DNA from: Candidatus Heimdallarchaeota archaeon
Lineage (GTDB): Archaea; Asgardarchaeota; Heimdallarchaeia; Heimdallarchaeales; Heimdallarchaeaceae
DNA length: 40,985 bases
Direction: 5' to 3'
NCBI GenBank assembly: GCA_016839945.1
Contig: JAEOTE010000096.1
Span: 1-40,985, forward strand
Shown: piece after piece, positions 36,520-40,985 of the stretch
Numbering within the stretch: the stretch's first letter is position 1
How the letters are laid out: each line of letters begins with the position of its first letter
The notes under the pieces: generated by a model
What the model was told of the DNA's origin: nothing
The model's database searches: none
What the model saw: the letters and a program-made list of their open reading frames with translations, nothing else
Program-made: the position numbers and the translations under genes

Positions 36520-38319
36520 TTAAATCTTCAATGAAAACAGCTTTCTGTAAGTAACCGTTTCTTCTTGTTGTAACTGCTTCATAGATTCCTCTATTTTCAC
36601 ATATTGCAAAGTTTCTTCTAAAGGAGCTTCTCGTTCTTGAAGTTCCTCCCAAAGTTTGATATGTTGTTCTAGCCTATTCTGTTCTTCACGTATGTTTAAT
36701 GCAATGTTCTCAAGACCTTTTTCTTCAGCAAGAGCAAGTCCTTTCTGAAATAACTGACCAGTTTCCTTCAGATTAAGTTCTGCAAGAGCAAGTAAAGCTT
36801 CCAATCTATATATTTCAGCAAGAATTGAATCAGAAGATTGTTCTTTAGCAATTTCTTGAAGTTTATGTACTAAATCTTTAATCTCACCTAATAACTCAAT
36901 TTCTGCTGTTTGTTTTAGTTCTTGTGTCAGCATATCACAAAGATGAATTAATGCTTTAACAGTTAGTGAATGGTCTACAATTTCTTCTTCAATTATTTGC
37001 TCAAATAGTACTATTGCTTTTGTTTTGTTGCGAGGTTGTTCGCTGCTTTTAAGTGATAGTGCTTGTGCTAAACGATAACGTTGATCAACAGAACGAATTT
37101 TCACAGCTTTATTGATTTGTTGTAATTTTTCCAAATATTCTTGTGTTAATTCCTGGTTGTTTTGATCAATTGCTTCAATTACAAGTTGAAAAAGAACTAA
37201 TGCAGATCCCAGACTGTTCCCCAATTCTTCATAGATAATCAAACTTCTCTTAAAATATTCAAAAGCTTCCTTAAAATTGCCTTTTAATTTACAATTTGAA
37301 CCAATATTAGCTAATATTAAAGCTGTTTTTTCTTTAATACCAAGCTCTTTGTAAAGCTTCAAGCTTCGTTCATAATACTCTATAGCTAAATCAGGATTAC
37401 CCTTTAAATCAAAAATATTTCCTATGTTGTTTAGTGCAAGAGCAATATTAGACTTGTATTCTATCTCTTCACTTAGTTGCAATCCCTTTTCATAATAATC
37501 CAATGCATAGTCGAGTTCACCTTTCAATTGAAATATTACACCTACATTAATATGCGAGATAGCACTGCTTCTTTTATATCCAAATTTCTTATTAATTTCC
37601 AAACTACGTTGCTGATTTTCTAACGCTTTGTCTAACTCTCCTTTCGATGTGTATACATTACCTAAATTAGACAGAATGCTAGCAATTCTTTGATTCATTC
37701 CAAGTTCCTCAGAGATAGATAAAGCACGTTTGTAATATTCAATTGCTTCATCGATTTCACTTTTTGACCAATAAACGAGACCTATATTATTATAAGAACT
37801 TGAGATGGAACTTTTGTTGTTAATCTCTTTCCCAAGAGCTAAACCTTGTTTGTGATATTCTAGAGAGGTATCAAGTTCACCCTTGAACCAAAATAAAATA
37901 CCTCCATTTCGAAGAAAATCGCTTTTTTTCTTCTTGAAAAATGTCGCTTTATTTTTTGGAACCTTGTGTTGTAGTTTCGTTATTACGTCTAAGTGTTCTT
38001 CAAAAAATTTAATACCTTCATCAAATTTCCCTAATGTCCAAAATGCGTTTGATTTAATATTTGAGTAATATAAGATCAGAATCGGATTTTCCATTTTTCT
38101 GATATTCGACCAAACTTTTTCTACTTCTTCAATTGCTTGTTCTCTTTTACCTAAACTGAAATTTATATGAGAATCTAGTAATGTACAAACAATTTTATCT
38201 TCAACTGTCAACTTCTCTCCTTTTGAAATTTCTTTTAAAAGCTCTAATGCTTTGTTATCATCTCCTTCAGTCATTAATTGTTCTACTTGGAGTAATTCCT
38301 CAAACACTTTTTCAGTCAA
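36520..38319 (-). CDS. tetratricopeptide repeat protein
   Basis: About six ~40-aa repeats of the type NNIGxVYxxKGELDxALEYYxRxL. Confidence 0.92.
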   Translation of the reverse strand: MTEKVFEELLQVEQLMTEGDDNKALELLKEISKGEKLTVEDKIVCTLLDSHINFSLGKREQAIEEVEKVWSNIRKMENPILILYYSNIKSNAFWTLGKFDEGIKFFEEHLDVITKLQHKVPKNKATFFKKKKSDFLRNGGILFWFKGELDTSLEYHKQGLALGKEINNKSSISSSYNNIGLVYWSKSEIDEAIEYYKRALSISEELGMNQRIASILSNLGNVYTSKGELDKALENQQRSLEINKKFGYKRSSAISHINVGVIFQLKGELDYALDYYEKGLQLSEEIEYKSNIALALNNIGNIFDLKGNPDLAIEYYERSLKLYKELGIKEKTALILANIGSNCKLKGNFKEAFEYFKRSLIIYEELGNSLGSALVLFQLVIEAIDQNNQELTQEYLEKLQQINKAVKIRSVDQRYRLAQALSLKSSEQPRNKTKAIVLFEQIIEEEIVDHSLTVKALIHLCDMLTQELKQTAEIELLGEIKDLVHKLQEIAKEQSSDSILAEIYRLEALLALAELNLKETGQLFQKGLALAEEKGLENIALNIREEQNRLEQHIKLWEELQEREAPLEETLQYVKIEESMKQLQQEETVTYRKLFSLKI

Positions 38320-38498
38320 ATTGATCCCCTAACTCAAAGTTATTCTTGTAAAGAAGTTGGAAGTGTCAATAATCCAATCTCAATCCTAACTTAAAAAAGT
38401 TCTTACAAATCTCGAAATTATAGAAAACCAATGAGTTCCCATAGAAGAAAAATTTACACAAATGTAAAAGTCAATCACAGTTCTTGTTTTGTCGTATT

Positions 38499-39080
38499 TT
38501 ATTCCTTTTTCTTCAATCCGAGTTTTTTTGCTAAGAAAATGTATTTTCCCCATTTTTTTTCTTCTTCCGAAAATCTCACTTCTTCATGTATTATCAACCA
38601 TTTATTATCAGACTCTTTTAGTGCATTCCTTAGTAAACCCTCTTTCAAAGATAAGCTCCCTATACGTTCATCTGAATAAGGAACTTTTATAAAAAGCAAA
38701 CCCCCTTCTTTAGTATACTCTATAAATTTGTTTAGAATACCTATTTGCTCAATATGATAAAAGAAATAATGAAATATGTAACTTAATACAATGATGTCAA
38801 ATTTCTCGGAGAAGTTATATTCTTGAATATCACAAACCACTCCTTTAACCTTAGAATTCTCACGTTTAGCTTTTTCGTTCATCATACCAATAGCTATTTC
38901 TGACATATCAACTCCAATGACCTCATAACCTAATGATGCAAGATAGAAACTGTTTCTCCCAAGACCACAAGCAACGTCTAAGGCTTTTCCATTGTCCACT
39001 TCTTCTAGAAACTTTAACAAATCTCCGTCAGGTTCATCAACAAAACAATAAGAGTAATACCACTCTTCAGTTGAAACCAT
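38499..39080 (-). CDS. class I SAM-dependent methyltransferase (TehB-like)
   Basis: KALDVACGLGRNS, GVDMS, FDIIV, TKEGG. Confidence 0.9.
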   Translation of the reverse strand: MVSTEEWYYSYCFVDEPDGDLLKFLEEVDNGKALDVACGLGRNSFYLASLGYEVIGVDMSEIAIGMMNEKAKRENSKVKGVVCDIQEYNFSEKFDIIVLSYIFHYFFYHIEQIGILNKFIEYTKEGGLLFIKVPYSDERIGSLSLKEGLLRNALKESDNKWLIIHEEVRFSEEEKKWGKYIFLAKKLGLKKKE

Positions 39081-39260
39081 AATGTATACATCTCTGAAGA
39101 AATAAAATAAATCTTGTCATGATTAATCATCTTAGATAAATTATAGTAAAAACTGATATGAAAAAACATAGATATTAATGAATTTGATATATAACCTTAA
39201 TAGCCTATTAAAGAAAAAATGTAAGATATTTCAATAATATCGTACTTTTACTAAGTTTAA

Positions 39261-39458
39261 TTATGCTGTCTTAAGATTAACAGCTTGTTGTCCTCTATCA
39301 GTATCTTCAACATCGAATTCTACAGTATCTCCTTCTCTTAAATTACCGAATTCTACAGTTACTCCAGAACTATGGAAAAAAATATCTTTTTCTTCTCCTT
39401 CTGTTTGGATAAAACCAAAGTTTCTATCATACATGACTCTTTTGATTGTGCCTTTCAT
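39261..39458 (-). CDS. cspA: cold-shock domain protein
   Basis: MKGTIK, RNP1 NFGFI, RNP2 DIFFHSS, GQQAVNL. GGAGG Shine-Dalgarno. Confidence 0.93.
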   Translation of the reverse strand: MKGTIKRVMYDRNFGFIQTEGEEKDIFFHSSGVTVEFGNLREGDTVEFDVEDTDRGQQAVNLKTA

Positions 39459-39788
39459 TTAGCATTACCTCCATTAATTTTTCACTTTTAGGATGTGACA
39501 CCCAATAAATCTAAAACCTATTAATCAGATGCCGCTAAATCTTGAGAAGAATTAAAACAATCATAACTAACTAGTTTAAATCTACTTACGTAACTCTTAA
39601 TTGAGGATTGATAAACTATTGGGTAGGTTCAAATTTCTTAAATGGCAATTGAAGATTTAAATACTGATGATTTAAGGTCTTCTTTAGGAATTGAAATTTT
39701 CTTATGCAGATTTTGTTTAATATTTATTTTGTTATATCTTTTCATTTCTTCAAAAGCTTTAATAAATGAGTATTTGCTTGAAGAAGTG

Positions 39789-40682
39789 ATGGAAAATATA
39801 TTGAAAAGACTGAATGAACTTGAAACCAAATTACTTACTCTCAGTGATGGAAGAAAAGTTTCCTACCTTGATATAGGTGATCCTAAAGGCACTCCACTAC
39901 TCTATTTTCATGGCTCTCCAGGTTCAAGATATGAAGCTTTGTTTGCTGAAAAATCTGCTATTAGTAACAATTTGAGAATAATAGCACCTGATCGTCCAGG
40001 ATTTGGTGATTCAGATTTTAAAAACAAATATTCTTTACATGATTATAATAATGACATTATTGAAATAGTAGATCAACTAAACGTATCTAAATTTGGAATT
40101 GTGGGGGTATCAGGAGGGGCAATAACAGTTTTATCTCTAGCTTATGAATATAGTAATAGGTTGTTATTTGCAATTGATATAAGTGGATATGCACCAGTTC
40201 ATAAAACGGAATTATCCAAGATTATGGCTCCTTTAGATAAATTATTTATTGGAATAGGAAAGATTTCTCCTCGATTGTTCAAATTAGCTCATTCATATAT
40301 GGGTAGGATTGTAAGAAAAAAATCTCCTCAAAAGTTTTCCAAAATGTTTAAATCTGCATATAGTGAAACTGATGCAAAAATTTTAAAAGATGAAGAAATG
40401 GCTAAATTTTTTAAATTGGATATGGAGGAAGCTTTCAAGAATGGAGCTGATGGACCATCTTGGGATGCAATAAACATATACTCAGATTGGGGATTCAAAT
40501 TACATGATATAAGTTTCAAAATACATCTCTTCCATGGAATTGAAGATATAACTGTTCCTTTGAAATTTGCAGAATATAAAGCAGAACATCTACAAAATAG
40601 TTCATTTACCAAGTATAAGGATGAGGGACATTTTATGTTTGTAAGAAAATTTGAGGAAATTCTCTCAGAAGTAATTCATTAG
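39789..40682 (+). CDS. alpha/beta fold hydrolase
   Basis: FHGSPG, APDRPGFG, nucleophile GVSGG, HGIED, EGH. Likely ATG at 39789. Confidence 0.9.
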   Translation: MENILKRLNELETKLLTLSDGRKVSYLDIGDPKGTPLLYFHGSPGSRYEALFAEKSAISNNLRIIAPDRPGFGDSDFKNKYSLHDYNNDIIEIVDQLNVSKFGIVGVSGGAITVLSLAYEYSNRLLFAIDISGYAPVHKTELSKIMAPLDKLFIGIGKISPRLFKLAHSYMGRIVRKKSPQKFSKMFKSAYSETDAKILKDEEMAKFFKLDMEEAFKNGADGPSWDAINIYSDWGFKLHDISFKIHLFHGIEDITVPLKFAEYKAEHLQNSSFTKYKDEGHFMFVRKFEEILSEVIH

Positions 40683-40800
40683 TACAACAATCTCATTTAC
40701 ACAATTTATTCAATATTTATTCTTCTTGGAAAGAGAAATATGTGTTTTGTTTTGATATGTATATATAGATTGAAGTCCCTTCTTTTATTGTATCAATATT

Positions 40801-40985
40801 ATGTCGATGGTGAAACTATTGGATAGAGAAATACTCAAAGAAAAACAAAGAGAATTAAAAGAAAATGTCAGAGGAAAACCATATCTGAAAACTCTAGTGT
40901 CTAAGTTTCGATTTTTGATAGAAGTTCTAAAATTAGTTTTTGCAGATATTAAATCACATAGACCATTTCGTTCCAAGAAAACGCA
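40801..40985 (+). CDS. hypothetical protein, 3'-truncated by window edge
   Basis: Open from ATG 40801 to the window end: MSMVKLLDREILKEKQRELKENVRGKPYLKTLVSKFRFLIEVLKLVFADIKSHRPFRSKKT. Confidence 0.55.
   Translation, partial: MSMVKLLDREILKEKQRELKENVRGKPYLKTLVSKFRFLIEVLKLVFADIKSHRPFRSKKT

Noticed and set aside
39642-39788. N-terminal extension of the alpha/beta hydrolase that resembles a signal peptide
   Set aside because: It reads like AT-rich intergenic or promoter DNA; the hydrolase-like sequence begins after ATG 39789.
23922-40612. Further shadow ORFs (23922-24104, 24761-24955, 26513-26704, 28133-28432, 28216-28416, 32316-32573, 36416-36652, 37883-38068, 38431-38679, 38489-38692, 39638-39829, 40328-40612)
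   Set aside because: They overlap motif-bearing genes and have the composition expected of antisense or off-frame translations.
40785-40976. Minus-strand 63-aa ORF
   Set aside because: The + strand frame from ATG 40801 to the window end has more typical composition and is preferred.
1-40985. tRNA, rRNA, transposase/integrase or CRISPR features
   Set aside because: No GC-rich structured-RNA islands, recombinase motifs or repeat-spacer arrays were seen by eye; tRNAscan-SE and Infernal were not run.

Overview
Very AT-rich, gene-dense archaeal chromosome segment, most likely from an Asgard archaeon (inferred from the eukaryote-like ubiquitin machinery plus an archaeal Lrp regulator and GGTGA/TATA-type signals; Heimdallarchaeia is plausible but unproven). 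I saw no rRNA, tRNA, CRISPR array or mobile element. The main feature is a complete ubiquitin-like conjugation locus (24247-30472). It encodes an E2, a JAMM protease, a multi-pass membrane RING E3, a RING-less paralog of that E3's membrane domain, an antisense KIP-repeat lysine-rich protein, a Ubl with an acidic N-tail and an -AG end, a UBA3/UBA2-like E1, and a PspA/ESCRT-III-like coiled coil. A second cluster (4309-13283) combines a DUF1295 steroid-reductase-like protein, an SCP2-arylsulfotransferase fusion, a PAPS-dependent sulfotransferase and a large surface arylsulfotransferase. Also present: an Lrp-aminotransferase divergon with three palindromic operators, PiT/DUF47, TIGR04076 plus three ATC-hydrolase-like paralogs, TPR, cold-shock, methyltransferase and hydrolase genes, and two microproteins missing from the ORF track. 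All family calls come from motifs read by eye; no searches were run.
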